A stretch of 21,746 nt of DNA from Eledone cirrhosa (GCA_964016885.1 CAXHJY010000816.1:1-21746), one strand, 5' to 3'. Counted from the first letter of the stretch, positions 1 to 12,800 are shown. Program-made: numbers and translations. The notes: generated by a model from the sequence alone, not told the origin.

Positions 1-2
1 TG

Positions 3-33
<31 letters not shown>

Positions 34-36
34 GTA
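1..36. repeat. (TA)n microsatellite with G interruptions (runs off window)
   Basis: Direct reading: tgtatatatatatatatatgtatatatata... Confidence 0.95.
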
Positions 37-587
37 TGTTGGTATAAGATGTGGATTGTCGTCTCTCCGGATTTGAAATTTTAATATTTTAAATCGACAG
101 TAATCGGATTTATGTATGGTTTTAATTCTTCAGAGGACAAGGAAAACATACAAAAAAGATAAGTTTTTGTGCTTTGTCGCAATTATTTTGAAGTATATTT
201 TACATATATTACTGTTTTGAACATGTTTATTTTCACTGTATGATTCATTCATGGGAGACAACACACACACGTGCTTTCTATTTTTGTTTCATACAGAGCA
301 TTTTGGTTTAGCTTAAGCAATTTTGTATTAACTTTGATATTTCTGAGTAACATAATTTAATTTGATATAATCTTGTTTGATTTTGTATAATCTTATCTGT
401 ATTTGACCCGATTTCGTTGTTTCTTGTATGATATGCTGATATTACAATAACTCCGTATATTTGTAAACAGACATTTACATCGTGTTTCTATATCTCTGTT
501 TCCGGTTTCTCCCATTCATTAATTTAAGTTTAGATTTAAAAATTTATTTTTATATTTATGAACTGCAGTTGCTCACGCTCTCACGCT

Positions 588-905
588 GTCTCTATCTCTC
601 TCCTTCCTCTCTCTCTCTCTCTCTCCCCCTCTCTCTCTCTCGATCAACGAGCTCTCTTTCTCCCTCTCTCTAGATCAACGAGCTCTCTCTCTCTCTCTCT
701 CTATCTATCTTCTCTCTCTCCCTCTGACCCCCCCCCCCACTCTTCCCGCTATCTCTCTCGCTCCCCTCTTCTGTCTCCCCCTTTTCTTTTCTTTTCTTCT
801 GTTTCTCTTTTTCTCTCGCTGGAGTTATATCTCTATCTCCCTCCCTCACTCTGTCCCTCTCTAACCTCTACTCTACACCTCCCACTGTCCCTCTTTCTCC
901 CCTCC
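588..905 (+). repeat. Polypyrimidine (CT)-rich tract in the putative LINE 5' UTR
   Basis: (CT)n runs; GATCAACGAGCTCTCT occurs twice (~642 and ~673); directly upstream of the ORF1 ATG at 914. Confidence 0.8.
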
Positions 906-913
906 ACAGCGAA

Positions 914-1876
914 ATGGACTGCATGCAGGAAAAATGGGAAAAATGTGAAATCAGGAGTCAGCGAAACTGGTCGAAGATTGAACTAGCGGTTTTGATCAAG
1001 GGGTGGACTATGGCTGATGGGTCTCCACCAAGCAAAAAGATGGCGGAGAACCTGAAGAGCCATGGGTTTATGAGGACCCTGGTACAGATAGAGAGAAAGA
1101 GAAAAGAAATTGAGAAGGCGTATGTCCTCATAGCGCCTCATATGGCGATGCTAAGCCGTGTCCTCAGGGAGGAGAAAACCGAAGGGAGGGATGAGGAGAA
1201 GGAGAGGGAAAAGGAAGAGGAAAAGGAAAGGGAAAAAGAAAAGGAGGAGAGCACAAGCACGGACCTGAAAGAAAATGATATACCCTCCGCTACAGGCAGG
1301 GAGGGCAGGCCGGGCAACCAACAAGCTAAGGGCAAAGGTGAAAAGCGAAATCACCTTCCGAAGGAGAACCAAGCGCAGAGGGACCAGTGGACAACTGTTC
1401 AAAGAAAGAACAGAAAGCACCGAGACACTGGGAGCAAAAAACACCAAGTAATGTGCAAGTTTTTCAAGAACGGGACATGCTGGCATGGAGAGACAGGGAT
1501 GGGATGCAGATTCGCCCACCCTAGGTCTCAAACGAACTATGCCCATCATACTCGCGCAACATGCCCCAGCCAAAGCCGAAATAAGCCGCTCCAGAAGTAT
1601 GCTGATGTCGCGCGTGCTGCACCAACAAGGAGAAGGCACGCACATGCCGACGAGATACAGATGGCAGCAGCAGATCAGAAAAATTTTTTAGTGATGGCAG
1701 AGAAGATTGTGGGACAGCTGACCTGGCTGCATCGTCTCCAGAGCCAGGGTCATCCACACCAGCACTCGAGACCACCGCAGTTAAGGGACCCAGAGTGGCC
1801 GCCGCTGACACCAGACCAGGTGTCATACCGACAGCCATTACTGGCACCCCAAAAGTCACACCAGTGCTGCTGCTGA
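914..1876 (+). CDS. LINE ORF1 protein (Myb/SANT-like N-terminus, charged linker, CCCH zinc finger)
   Basis: 320-aa ORF overlapping ORF2; CKFFKNGTCWHGETGMGCRFAH = C-x7-C-x8-C-x3-H (1454-1519); WSKIELAVLIKGW...MAENLKSHGFMRTLVQIERKRKEIEKAY resembles the trihelix/Myb-SANT pattern. Confidence 0.8.
   Translation: MDCMQEKWEKCEIRSQRNWSKIELAVLIKGWTMADGSPPSKKMAENLKSHGFMRTLVQIERKRKEIEKAYVLIAPHMAMLSRVLREEKTEGRDEEKEREKEEEKEREKEKEESTSTDLKENDIPSATGREGRPGNQQAKGKGEKRNHLPKENQAQRDQWTTVQRKNRKHRDTGSKKHQVMCKFFKNGTCWHGETGMGCRFAHPRSQTNYAHHTRATCPSQSRNKPLQKYADVARAAPTRRRHAHADEIQMAAADQKNFLVMAEKIVGQLTWLHRLQSQGHPHQHSRPPQLRDPEWPPLTPDQVSYRQPLLAPQKSHQCCC
1684..1690 (+). promoter_or_regulatory. Candidate -1 ribosomal frameshift slippery heptamer (T TTT TTA)
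   Basis: ORF1 reads AAT TTT TTA (N-F-L); a -1 slip enters the ORF2 frame, which stays open to 4836; the first in-frame ORF2 ATG (1906) lies after APE motif I. Confidence 0.6.
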
Positions 1877-4836
1877 ATGTCAGGGGCCTGGTGAAACTCA
1901 GCAACATGAGTAAAATTTCCTACCTGGGAGACTTAGCCATAAGCAATCAAGCACTATGCATGGCACTAACCGAAACGCACCTGACAAGCAGTATAGCAGA
2001 TGCAGAAATACATATACCGAAATATACTGTATTTCGTTCGGACAGGAAGGAGAGAACTCATGGTGGGGTTGCTCTGTATATCCGTGAAGATGTCACACCA
2101 ATTGTACTGTTGACACATTCAAACTCAGTCTGTGACACACTGATAATACATATGAAGCAACTACAGACGGTAATATGTGTCACATATCGGCCGCCCGATG
2201 CCCCCAGTCATGAGGGTAAATTTGAGGATAGCCTAAGTAGGATAGAAGAGGTCCTTGACAAACTGGACCAGGGTCTCAACATCCTACTGCTGGGAGACTT
2301 CAACCTACCAAAGGTCAAATGGCCTGAGGGCCACCTCCTCCCTGGAATGACGTCAATAGAACAGAGACAGACGGAATCCCTGCTGGCCCTCACACACAGG
2401 CTGTTCATGGAGCAAGCAATACTCCTCCCAACAAGAGGCGAAAATGTCCTGGACCTCTGTTTTACAAACAACGAAGTGCTCATCCACAATGTAAAGGTGA
2501 CACCAACAATTCTCTCGGATCATAACTTGGTAGAGCTAATGATATGTGGTCCAAGAGAACCAACAGAGACAAAACCACCAAGAAGCTCCGGGACGCTATC
2601 CAGCCTTAACTTCTACGGGGCTGACTGGAAGAAGATTAAGAGTGAAATCCGGAAGCAAACATGGAGTGCAAACATCGCCACACAAGACACTAACACACAA
2701 TTTCAACACTTCATGACAACGATACACACCATATGCAAAAAGTGTGTCCCGGAGAAAGAGGCAAACAGACACAAAAATCTTATTCCCAGAGATAGGAAAA
2801 TCCTTATGAGACGTAGAACTAAACTCTCAAACCAGTTGAATAGTCAACAAAACCAAAACAAGAAGGAATCCTATTTGAAACGTGCACTACTTGACACCGA
2901 GATTGCACTCAAGCTTTCACATGAGAATGAGAGGGCAAGGAAAGAGAACAGGGCCATAGAAAACATTAAAACAAACCCTAAGGCCTTCTTTAAATTTGCA
3001 AAAGAAACTGCCTCAGTACACTGCAAGATTGGACCACTCTTCCACACGGACGGTTCATTAACCGAAAATCCCCAAGAGATATGTGAAATACTGAACGAAC
3101 AGTACAAAAGTGTCTTCACATGTCCACTGAGGCACATGCAAATAACGAAGCCAGAGGAGTTCTTTGATGCCACAACACTACATCAAGAAATGGCAACCAT
3201 CAACCACATAGACATAACGGAGGAGGATGTGGTGTACGCCATTGATGAAATTAGAACAGACTCGGCTGCTGGACCTGATGGATTCCCAGCAGTTCTCCTA
3301 AAAATATGTAAGCGGGCCTTAGCAACTCCACTGAAGATGCTCTTCAGAAGCTCCTTGGCTAGCGGTGTACTACCCAGGGAGCTGAAAGAAGGCACAATAT
3401 GCCCTATCCATAAAGGAGGTAGTAGAGCGGAGGCCAAGAACTATAGGCCAGTCTCCCTGACGTCGCATATCAGTAAGGTCATGGAGCGAGTCGTCAGAAA
3501 GAAACTAATCACTTTCCTCGAAGAAAATGACCGCCTGACTAGCACGCAACATGGCTTCCGCCCAGGAAGAAGCTGCCTTACACAGCTGCTACATCACTAC
3601 GACTGGGTACTGAGACAGCTACTAGACAGCTCACATGTAGACGTGATATATCTTGACTTTGCGAAGGCCTTTGACAAGGTCGACCACGGAATGATATGTC
3701 ACAAACTACACGGACTCGGCATAACTGGAAAAGTAGGTGAGTGGCTGCATGGCTTCCTGAGGGACAGAAGCCAGGCAGTCGCAGCAAATGGGGCCCTCTC
3801 GAGGGAAACACCGATAACAAGTGGGGTGCCTCAGGGGACAGTCCTAGGACCACTACTGTTTTTGGTGGCTCTCTCGGACATGCCCTCTGTGGTGCATGCA
3901 ACAACATCCCTCACTAGCTATGCTGATGACACTAAGGTAGCACAGGCAATCAAAAACCCGGCTGACGCTGCCCTCTTACAGCAGGATCTGGATGCCATAT
4001 ACAGATGGGCGGAAGAAAACAACATGCAGTTTAATGCTGGCAAATTTCAAGCCCTACAATACAAACCTGCAAACACAAACACAAATATAGCGGAACACAG
4101 CTACACAGGACCAGGAGGGACCGATATCCCCGTGTCAAAATCGATACGAGACCTGGGCATAGACATGAGCGATGATGCATCTTTTTCTTCACACATCATG
4201 AAGGTGGCGACAGCATGTAGACGATTCGCTGGCTGGATCTTGAGGACTTTCCTTACAAGAGATCGAGACACCATGTTGACACTGTGGAGGACTTTTGTCC
4301 TAAGCCGCCTGGACTACTGCTCCCAGCTGTGGTCACCCCATAGTGTCAAACTAACCACAGAGCTTGAGGCAATCCAGCGAAGCTACACCAAGAGGATTGC
4401 CAAGATGAGGGAGACAAGCTACTGGGAGAGGCTGAGGGAACTGAACCTCTACTCCTTGGAGCGAAGACGGGAGAGATACGCAGTGATCTACATGTGGAAA
4501 ATCCTGGAGGGACTAGCACCAAACTTTGGCATTGGGAGCTGGACCAACCGTCGAACAGGACGTCACTGTGTGGTGCCAAAGGTCCCGTCTTCCACATCTA
4601 GAATAAGGAGCAGGTATTGCAATAGCCTGGGATTCAAGGGCCCTCAACTCTTCAACAGGCTGCCGAGGCATCTGCGAGACTTGCATGACGTGGAGGTGGA
4701 TGTCTTTAAGAAACATCTCGACACGTTGTTATCCAGGATCCCGGATGAGCCCACAGCAAGACACGAGGGAAACCTAAGGGCAGCAGCAACAAACTCCCTC
4801 CTACACCAGTGGCCAACCTATACAGGCTGGAGATAA
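1795..4836 (+). CDS. LINE ORF2: apurinic-like endonuclease plus reverse transcriptase
   Basis: APE motifs LLNVRGL, LTETHL, YRPP, GDFN, LDL, SDH. RT motifs [42 protein letters not shown]-terminal [10 protein letters not shown]. No stops. The frame is open from 1606; 1795 is a GTG, so the true start is uncertain. Confidence 0.96.
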   Translation: MAAADTRPGVIPTAITGTPKVTPVLLLNVRGLVKLSNMSKISYLGDLAISNQALCMALTETHLTSSIADAEIHIPKYTVFRSDRKERTHGGVALYIREDVTPIVLLTHSNSVCDTLIIHMKQLQTVICVTYRPPDAPSHEGKFEDSLSRIEEVLDKLDQGLNILLLGDFNLPKVKWPEGHLLPGMTSIEQRQTESLLALTHRLFMEQAILLPTRGENVLDLCFTNNEVLIHNVKVTPTILSDHNLVELMICGPREPTETKPPRSSGTLSSLNFYGADWKKIKSEIRKQTWSANIATQDTNTQFQHFMTTIHTICKKCVPEKEANRHKNLIPRDRKILMRRRTKLSNQLNSQQNQNKKESYLKRALLDTEIALKLSHENERARKENRAIENIKTNPKAFFKFAKETASVHCKIGPLFHTDGSLTENPQEICEILNEQYKSVFTCPLRHMQITKPEEFFDATTLHQEMATINHIDITEEDVVYAIDEIRTDSAAGPDGFPAVLLKICKRALATPLKMLFRSSLASGVLPRELKEGTICPIHKGGSRAEAKNYRPVSLTSHISKVMERVVRKKLITFLEENDRLTSTQHGFRPGRSCLTQLLHHYDWVLRQLLDSSHVDVIYLDFAKAFDKVDHGMICHKLHGLGITGKVGEWLHGFLRDRSQAVAANGALSRETPITSGVPQGTVLGPLLFLVALSDMPSVVHATTSLTSYADDTKVAQAIKNPADAALLQQDLDAIYRWAEENNMQFNAGKFQALQYKPANTNTNIAEHSYTGPGGTDIPVSKSIRDLGIDMSDDASFSSHIMKVATACRRFAGWILRTFLTRDRDTMLTLWRTFVLSRLDYCSQLWSPHSVKLTTELEAIQRSYTKRIAKMRETSYWERLRELNLYSLERRRERYAVIYMWKILEGLAPNFGIGSWTNRRTGRHCVVPKVPSSTSRIRSRYCNSLGFKGPQLFNRLPRHLRDLHDVEVDVFKKHLDTLLSRIPDEPTARHEGNLRAAATNSLLHQWPTYTGWR

Positions 4837-4917
4837 AATGTGTAGCAACAAGGGCGGTGCCCCAGCATGGCCTCAGCCGGATGGCTGAAACAGGTAAAAG
4901 AGTAAAAGAGTAAAAGA
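4837..4917 (+). other. LINE 3' UTR: stem-loop plus 8-bp tandem tail
   Basis: TCAGCC-ggat-GGCTGA hairpin at 4873-4888; GTAAAAGA x3 at 4894-4917; short tandem tails are typical of CR1/L2-group elements. Confidence 0.85.
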
Positions 4918-5760
<843 letters not shown>

Positions 5761-7068
5761 ATGAAAAAGTTTGTCCTCATCAGTGGCCATCCAACCGTCG
5801 TAGGCATTTCGTCGCATTAAAGGCCATATACCTCAGGTTGGTGCGAGCAACGGCTAAAAAAATTTTATTGGGACACGTAAATAAAGGGGACGCTAGGGTA
5901 AACAAACAAAATGGTTTAAGCAGCAGAAAGAGAGGAAGAAGGAAACAAGTTCCAGATTTCTATGAATATAAATTCGGTGGAATCGTGAACGAGAGAATAA
6001 AGACCATCAAACCTGGTTGAAATGTGAGCAAGGAAGGAATTTCGCACAGGTCTAACGGGAGGATGAAGGCGTCTGGTCTGCGAATTCGGTAAACATAAGT
6101 TCTGTGAAGTCGCAGACGAGAGAGAGAGAGAGAGAAAAAAAAAAAATTCATACCGGCTTGGCCAAGTGCCCGCGAGAAAAGTATTGTGGACAGGTCAAAC
6201 GGGAAGAAAGGGGAGGAGGAGAGGTAGTGACAGAGAGTGAGTGAGTGAAAGGTGAGGAAGAGGCTAACAGAGAGAGACTGCTAGAAAGTGTAAAGACACA
6301 AAGAACGAAACAGACTGGTGGCAGCGGAGGAAAAAAATATGTGTAAATATGATAATAATGGAGCTGCGGCGCTGCAAATGGGTTACATATGAAAAAGTTT
6401 GTCCTCATCAGTGGCCATCCAACCGTCGTAGGCATTTCGTCGCATTAAAGGCCATATACCTCAGGTTGATGCGAGCAACGGCTAAAAAAAAGTCGTTGGG
6501 GCACATAAATAAAGGGGACGCTAGGGTAAACAAACAAAATGGTTTACGCAGCAGAAAGAGAGGAAGAAGCAAACAAGTCCCAGATTTCTATGAATATAAA
6601 TTCGGTGGAATCGTGAACGAGAGAATAAAGACCATCAAACCTGGTTGAAATGTGAGCAAGGAAGGAATTTCGCACAGGTCTAACGGGAGGAAGAAGGGGT
6701 CTGGTCTGCGAATTCGGTAAACATAAGTTCTGTGAAGTCGCAGACGAAAGAGAGAGAGAGAAAAAAAAAAAATTCATACCGGCTTGGCCAAGTGCCCGCG
6801 AGAAAAGGATTGTGGACAGGTCAAACGGGAAGAAAGGGGAGGAGGAGAGGTAGTGACAGAGATTAAACCATTTTGTTTGTTTACCCTAGCGTCCCCTTTA
6901 TTTACGTGTCCCAACGACTTTTTTTTAGCCGTTGCTCGCACCAACCTGAGGTATATGGCCTTTAATGCGACGAAATGCCTACGACGGTTGGATGGCCACT
7001 GATGAGGACAAACATTTTCATATGTAACCCATTTGCAGCGCCGCAGCTCCATTATTATCATATTTACA
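5761..7068. repeat. ~628-bp unit: one full copy (5761-6388), a partial tandem copy (6389-6862) and an inverted partial copy (6863-7068)
   Basis: ATGAAAAAGTTTGTCCTCATCAG recurs at 5761 and 6389; 6863-7068 is the reverse complement of the sequence across the unit junction (~6342-6547); copies differ by a few percent. Confidence 0.92.
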
Positions 7069-7372
<304 letters not shown>

Positions 7373-8350
7373 TAACTTTGAATAACTTTGAAATGTTTTG
7401 GCCAGTATTGGCCCAGGCCATGTCTAACTTAATTACACCACCTGGCGAAGTCTTTCAATTCAGGATTTGGGCACCATGGCCCATTCGAGAAGAGAATTAC
7501 TGTTTGCGGAGACATATCCGGGTGTGGGTGGTTTGTCCGGGATTACTTGGAGGAATTTGTCCAAAGACTTCTTGAATTTTGTGTGGTCAGTTTCTGTTTT
7601 GACGTGTCCTGGTGTGATGTTGAAGAGAGCAGGGCCGATTGAGGTGAAATAATTGTGCCGTATTGTTGTTATGAGTTGCGATTTAGATTTTTGAATGGGA
7701 CGGATAGCACGGGGCCCAAGCCTTGGGTGTATCTTGAAGGCGATGCCAACATCATTTGGGCAGTGATGATGGAACATTTTCCACATCATGCAGATAATAT
7801 AACGCTCACGGCGACGTTGGAGTGAGTAAAGTTTCAGGTTTTCCAATCGACCCCAGTAGTCAAGGTCTGACATGCCATCTATCTTTTTCGTGATTGCCCT
7901 TTGAGGAGCTTCAAGTTTCATGATACTTTGTTTCGTGTGGGGAGACCACAGTGGACAACAGTATTCAAGGTGTGGTCGGGCGAAAGTAGAGAAGAGAAGG
8001 ATAATGGTGCGGGAATCTCTCGACTGGAAGGTTCTGAGGATCCAGGAACACATTCTGCGGGCCATGTCAACTTTGCTGCTTATATGCGTGGTCCAGCTTA
8101 TGTTGCTGTCCACGGTTACTCCCAAGTCTCTGATGTTGTTAGATGCCACGAGAGTTTCCCCGGAGGGAAGGGAGTACGGGAGTTTCAGAGCATCCTCTTT
8201 TCCAAAGTGGATCAGTTCGAATTTGTCTTCGTTCAGTAACATGTTGTTCTTTTCTGCCCATTGGGTAACAGCCAGTAGGTCTGACTGAAGGCTTATCCGG
8301 TCATCCACGCCATTGATGACCTTTTGGAGCTTGGAATCATCAGCGAAAAT
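7373..8350 (-). mobile_element. 5'-truncated CR1/L2-group LINE (different family from element 1)
   Basis: ORF2 C-terminus, a 3' UTR hairpin GGCCA-atac-TGGCC and a (TTCAAAGTTA)x2 tail at 7373-7392; TA tracts on both sides. Confidence 0.9.
7460..8350 (-). pseudogene. C-terminal ~296 aa of a LINE reverse transcriptase, starting at the FADD motif
   Basis: [50 protein letters not shown] align by eye with ORF2 of element 1; upstream sequence is TA repeat. Confidence 0.92.
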
Positions 8351-9357
<1,007 letters not shown>

Positions 9358-9566
9358 ATTAGTAGTGGGCAGACTAATTTGCATAGAGCGTGAGTACGTA
9401 CCGGTTCAGCGGAGACGATAAAAACAAATAACGAAACGAAATTAAATTTCGTTTCGTTTGTAACTCACTTTTGTATGACTGACGCTTAAACAATTAAATT
9501 AAAAATGTACATCCACATATGTATACTGAAACACCTTTCCTCTATTCTCCAGAAAGCCAGACAAGG

Positions 9567-9611
9567 AATATTGGACTAGTTTCGATGTTGTTACATCTCA
9601 TCAGCAATATT
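9567..9611 (-). ncRNA. Minimal type I hammerhead ribozyme
   Basis: Reverse complement of AATATTG-CTGATGA-GATGT-aaca-ACATC-GAAA-C-ta-GTC-CAATATT; kept in the deleted unit. Confidence 0.9.
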
Positions 9612-10032
9612 TACCTATCTTCCGGCCTTTCTAGAGAATCGTAAAAGCACATATCGTTATATGCTTTTTCTATGAAAATTAGTAGTGGGCAGACTAATTT
9701 GCATAGAGCGTGAGTACGTACCGGTTCAGCGGAGACGATAAAAACAAATAACGAAACGAAATTAAATTTCGTTTCGTTTGTAACTCACTTTTGTATGACT
9801 GACGCTTAAACAATTAAATTAAAAATGTACATCCACATATGTATACTGAAATACTAGTATGCATATGAATACACACACGTGTACATATGTAGATGTACCG
9901 AGTTTTTCACTGGACACTTTACTGTGAGTGTCCAGCTATTCTGTATGTAAACACACAGACAAACCGGTTTTTAGAGTCATACTGGTTTTCGAGGAAACAC
10001 CTTTCCTCTATTCTCCAGAAAGCCAGACAAGG

Positions 10033-10077
10033 AATATTGGACTAGTTTCGATGTTGTTACATCTCATCAGCAATATT
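10033..10077 (-). ncRNA. Minimal type I hammerhead ribozyme
   Basis: Identical copy in a 466-bp unit. Confidence 0.9.
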
Positions 10078-10498
10078 TACCTATCTTCCGGCCTTTCTAG
10101 AGAATCGTAAAAGCACATATCGTTATATGCTTTTTCTATGAAAATTAGTAGTGGGCAGACTAATTTGCATAGAGCGTGAGTACGTACCGGTTCAGCGGAG
10201 ACGATAAAAACAAATAACGAAACGAAATTAAATTTCGTTTCGTTTGTAACTCACTTTTGTATGACTGACGCTTAAACAATTAAATTAAAAATGTACATCC
10301 ACATATGTATACTGAAATACTAGTATGCATATGAATACACACACGTGTACATATGTAGATGTACCGAGTTTTTCACTGGACACTTTACTGTGAGTGTCCA
10401 GCTATTCTGTATGTAAACACACAGACAAACCGGTTTTTAGAGTCATACTGGTTTTCGAGGAAACACCTTTCCTCTATTCTCCAGAAAGCCAGACAAGG

Positions 10499-10543
10499 AA
10501 TATTGGACTAGTTTCGATGTTGTTACATCTCATCAGCAATATT
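10499..10543 (-). ncRNA. Minimal type I hammerhead ribozyme
   Basis: Identical copy in a 466-bp unit. Confidence 0.9.
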
Positions 10544-10964
10544 TACCTATCTTCCGGCCTTTCTAGAGAATCGTAAAAGCACATATCGTTATATGCTTTT
10601 TCTATGAAAATTAGTAGTGGGCAGACTAATTTGCATAGAGCGTGAGTACGTACCGGTTCAGCGGAGACGATAAAAACAAATAACGAAACGAAATTAAATT
10701 TCGTTTCGTTTGTAACTCACTTTTGTATGACTGACGCTTAAACAATTAAATTAAAAATGTACATCCACATATGTATACTGAAATACTAGTATGCATATGA
10801 ATACACACACGTGTACATATGTAGATGTACCGAGTTTTTCACTGGACACTTTACTGTGAGTGTCCAGCTATTCTGTATGTAAACACACAGACAAACCGGT
10901 TTTTAGAGTCATACTGGTTTTCGAGGAAACACCTTTCCTCTATTCTCCAGAAAGCCAGACAAGG

Positions 10965-11009
10965 AATATTGGACTAGTTTCGATGTTGTTACATCTCATC
11001 AGCAATATT
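10965..11009 (-). ncRNA. Minimal type I hammerhead ribozyme
   Basis: Identical copy in a 466-bp unit. Confidence 0.9.
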
Positions 11010-11430
11010 TACCTATCTTCCGGCCTTTCTAGAGAATCGTAAAAGCACATATCGTTATATGCTTTTTCTATGAAAATTAGTAGTGGGCAGACTAATTTGC
11101 ATAGAGCGTGAGTACGTACCGGTTCAGCGGAGACGATAAAAACAAATAACGAAACGAAATTAAATTTCGTTTCGTTTGTAACTCACTTTTGTATGACTGA
11201 CGCTTAAACAATTAAATTAAAAATGTACATCCACATATGTATACTGAAATACTAGTATGCATATGAATACACACACGTGTACATATGTAGATGTACCGAG
11301 TTTTTCACTGGACACTTTACTGTGAGTGTCCAGCTATTCTGTATGTAAACACACAGACAAACCGGTTTTTAGAGTCATACTGGTTTTCGAGGAAACACCT
11401 TTCCTCTATTCTCCAGAAAGCCAGACAAGG

Positions 11431-11475
11431 AATATTGGACTAGTTTCGATGTTGTTACATCTCATCAGCAATATT
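11431..11475 (-). ncRNA. Minimal type I hammerhead ribozyme
   Basis: Identical copy in a 466-bp unit. Confidence 0.9.
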
Positions 11476-11896
11476 TACCTATCTTCCGGCCTTTCTAGAG
11501 AATCGTAAAAGCACATATCGTTATATGCTTTTTCTATGAAAATTAGTAGTGGGCAGACTAATTTGCATAGAGCGTGAGTACGTACCGGTTCAGCGGAGAC
11601 GATAAAAACAAATAACGAAACGAAATTAAATTTCGTTTCGTTTGTAACTCACTTTTGTATGACTGACGCTTAAACAATTAAATTAAAAATGTACATCCAC
11701 ATATGTATACTGAAATACTAGTATGCATATGAATACACACACGTGTACATATGTAGATGTACCGAGTTTTTCACTGGACACTTTACTGTGAGTGTCCAGC
11801 TATTCTGTATGTAAACACACAGACAAACCGGTTTTTAGAGTCATACTGGTTTTCGAGGAAACACCTTTCCTCTATTCTCCAGAAAGCCAGACAAGG

Positions 11897-11941
11897 AATA
11901 TTGGACTAGTTTCGATGTTGTTACATCTCATCAGCAATATT
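11897..11941 (-). ncRNA. Minimal type I hammerhead ribozyme
   Basis: Identical copy in a 466-bp unit. Confidence 0.9.
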
Positions 11942-12362
11942 TACCTATCTTCCGGCCTTTCTAGAGAATCGTAAAAGCACATATCGTTATATGCTTTTTC
12001 TATGAAAATTAGTAGTGGGCAGACTAATTTGCATAGAGCGTGAGTACGTACCGGTTCAGCGGAGACGATAAAAACAAATAACGAAACGAAATTAAATTTC
12101 GTTTCGTTTGTAACTCACTTTTGTATGACTGACGCTTAAACAATTAAATTAAAAATGTACATCCACATATGTATACTGAAATACTAGTATGCATATGAAT
12201 ACACACACGTGTACATATGTAGATGTACCGAGTTTTTCACTGGACACTTTACTGTGAGTGTCCAGCTATTCTGTATGTAAACACACAGACAAACCGGTTT
12301 TTAGAGTCATACTGGTTTTCGAGGAAACACCTTTCCTCTATTCTCCAGAAAGCCAGACAAGG

Positions 12363-12407
12363 AATATTGGACTAGTTTCGATGTTGTTACATCTCATCAG
12401 CAATATT
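12363..12407 (-). ncRNA. Minimal type I hammerhead ribozyme
   Basis: Identical copy in a 466-bp unit. Confidence 0.9.
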
Positions 12408-12800
12408 TACCTATCTTCCGGCCTTTCTAGAGAATCGTAAAAGCACATATCGTTATATGCTTTTTCTATGAAAATTAGTAGTGGGCAGACTAATTTGCAT
12501 AGAGCGTGAGTACGTACCGGTTCAGCGGAGACGATAAAAACAAATAACGAAACGAAATTAAATTTCGGATGTACATTGGATGTACATTTTTAATTTAATT
12601 GTTTAAGCGTCAGTCATACAAAAGTGAGTTACAAACGAAACGAAATTTAATTTCGTTTCGTTATTTGTTTTTATCGTCTCCGCTGAACCGGTACGTACTC
12701 ACGCTCTATGCAAATTAGTCTGCCCACTACTAATTTTCATAGAAAAAGCATATAACGATATGTGCTTTTACGATTCTCTAGAAAGGCCGGAAGATAGGTA

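Larger units (their letters stand above)
37..4917 (+). mobile_element. Apparently full-length non-LTR retrotransposon (LINE, CR1/L2 group)
   Basis: ORF1 plus uninterrupted APE-RT ORF2, then a short 3' UTR with a hairpin and a (GTAAAAGA)x3 tail ending at (TA)n. The 3' end is clear. The 5' boundary is only inferred from the end of the left TA tract and could lie further right. Confidence 0.85.
9358..12567 (-). repeat. 466-bp tandem array, left arm (retrozyme-like; ribozyme sense on minus strand)
   Basis: AGTAGTGGGC recurs at 9361, 9681, 10147, 10613, 11079, 11545, 12011, 12477: one 320-bp deleted unit, six full units and a ~90-bp partial unit. Confidence 0.97.

Noticed and set aside
482-986. 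Leu/Ser/Pro-rich ORFs, and short antisense ORFs within the LINE and Penelope coding regions
   Set aside because: Products of the CT tract or shadow frames of real ORFs
1874-1879. TGA-ATG at the ORF1 stop as a reinitiation signal for ORF2
   Set aside because: The ATG at 1877 is in the ORF1 frame, not the ORF2 frame
6730-6750. CTGTGAA-GTCGCAGAC-GAAA as a plus-strand hammerhead
   Set aside because: Core is not CUGANGA, stems I and III are missing, and GAAA is absent in the other copy
6966-7012. GACGAAA...CTGATGAGGAC as a type II hammerhead
   Set aside because: Stems II and III do not pair and no properly placed NUH triplet exists; kept only as a hint
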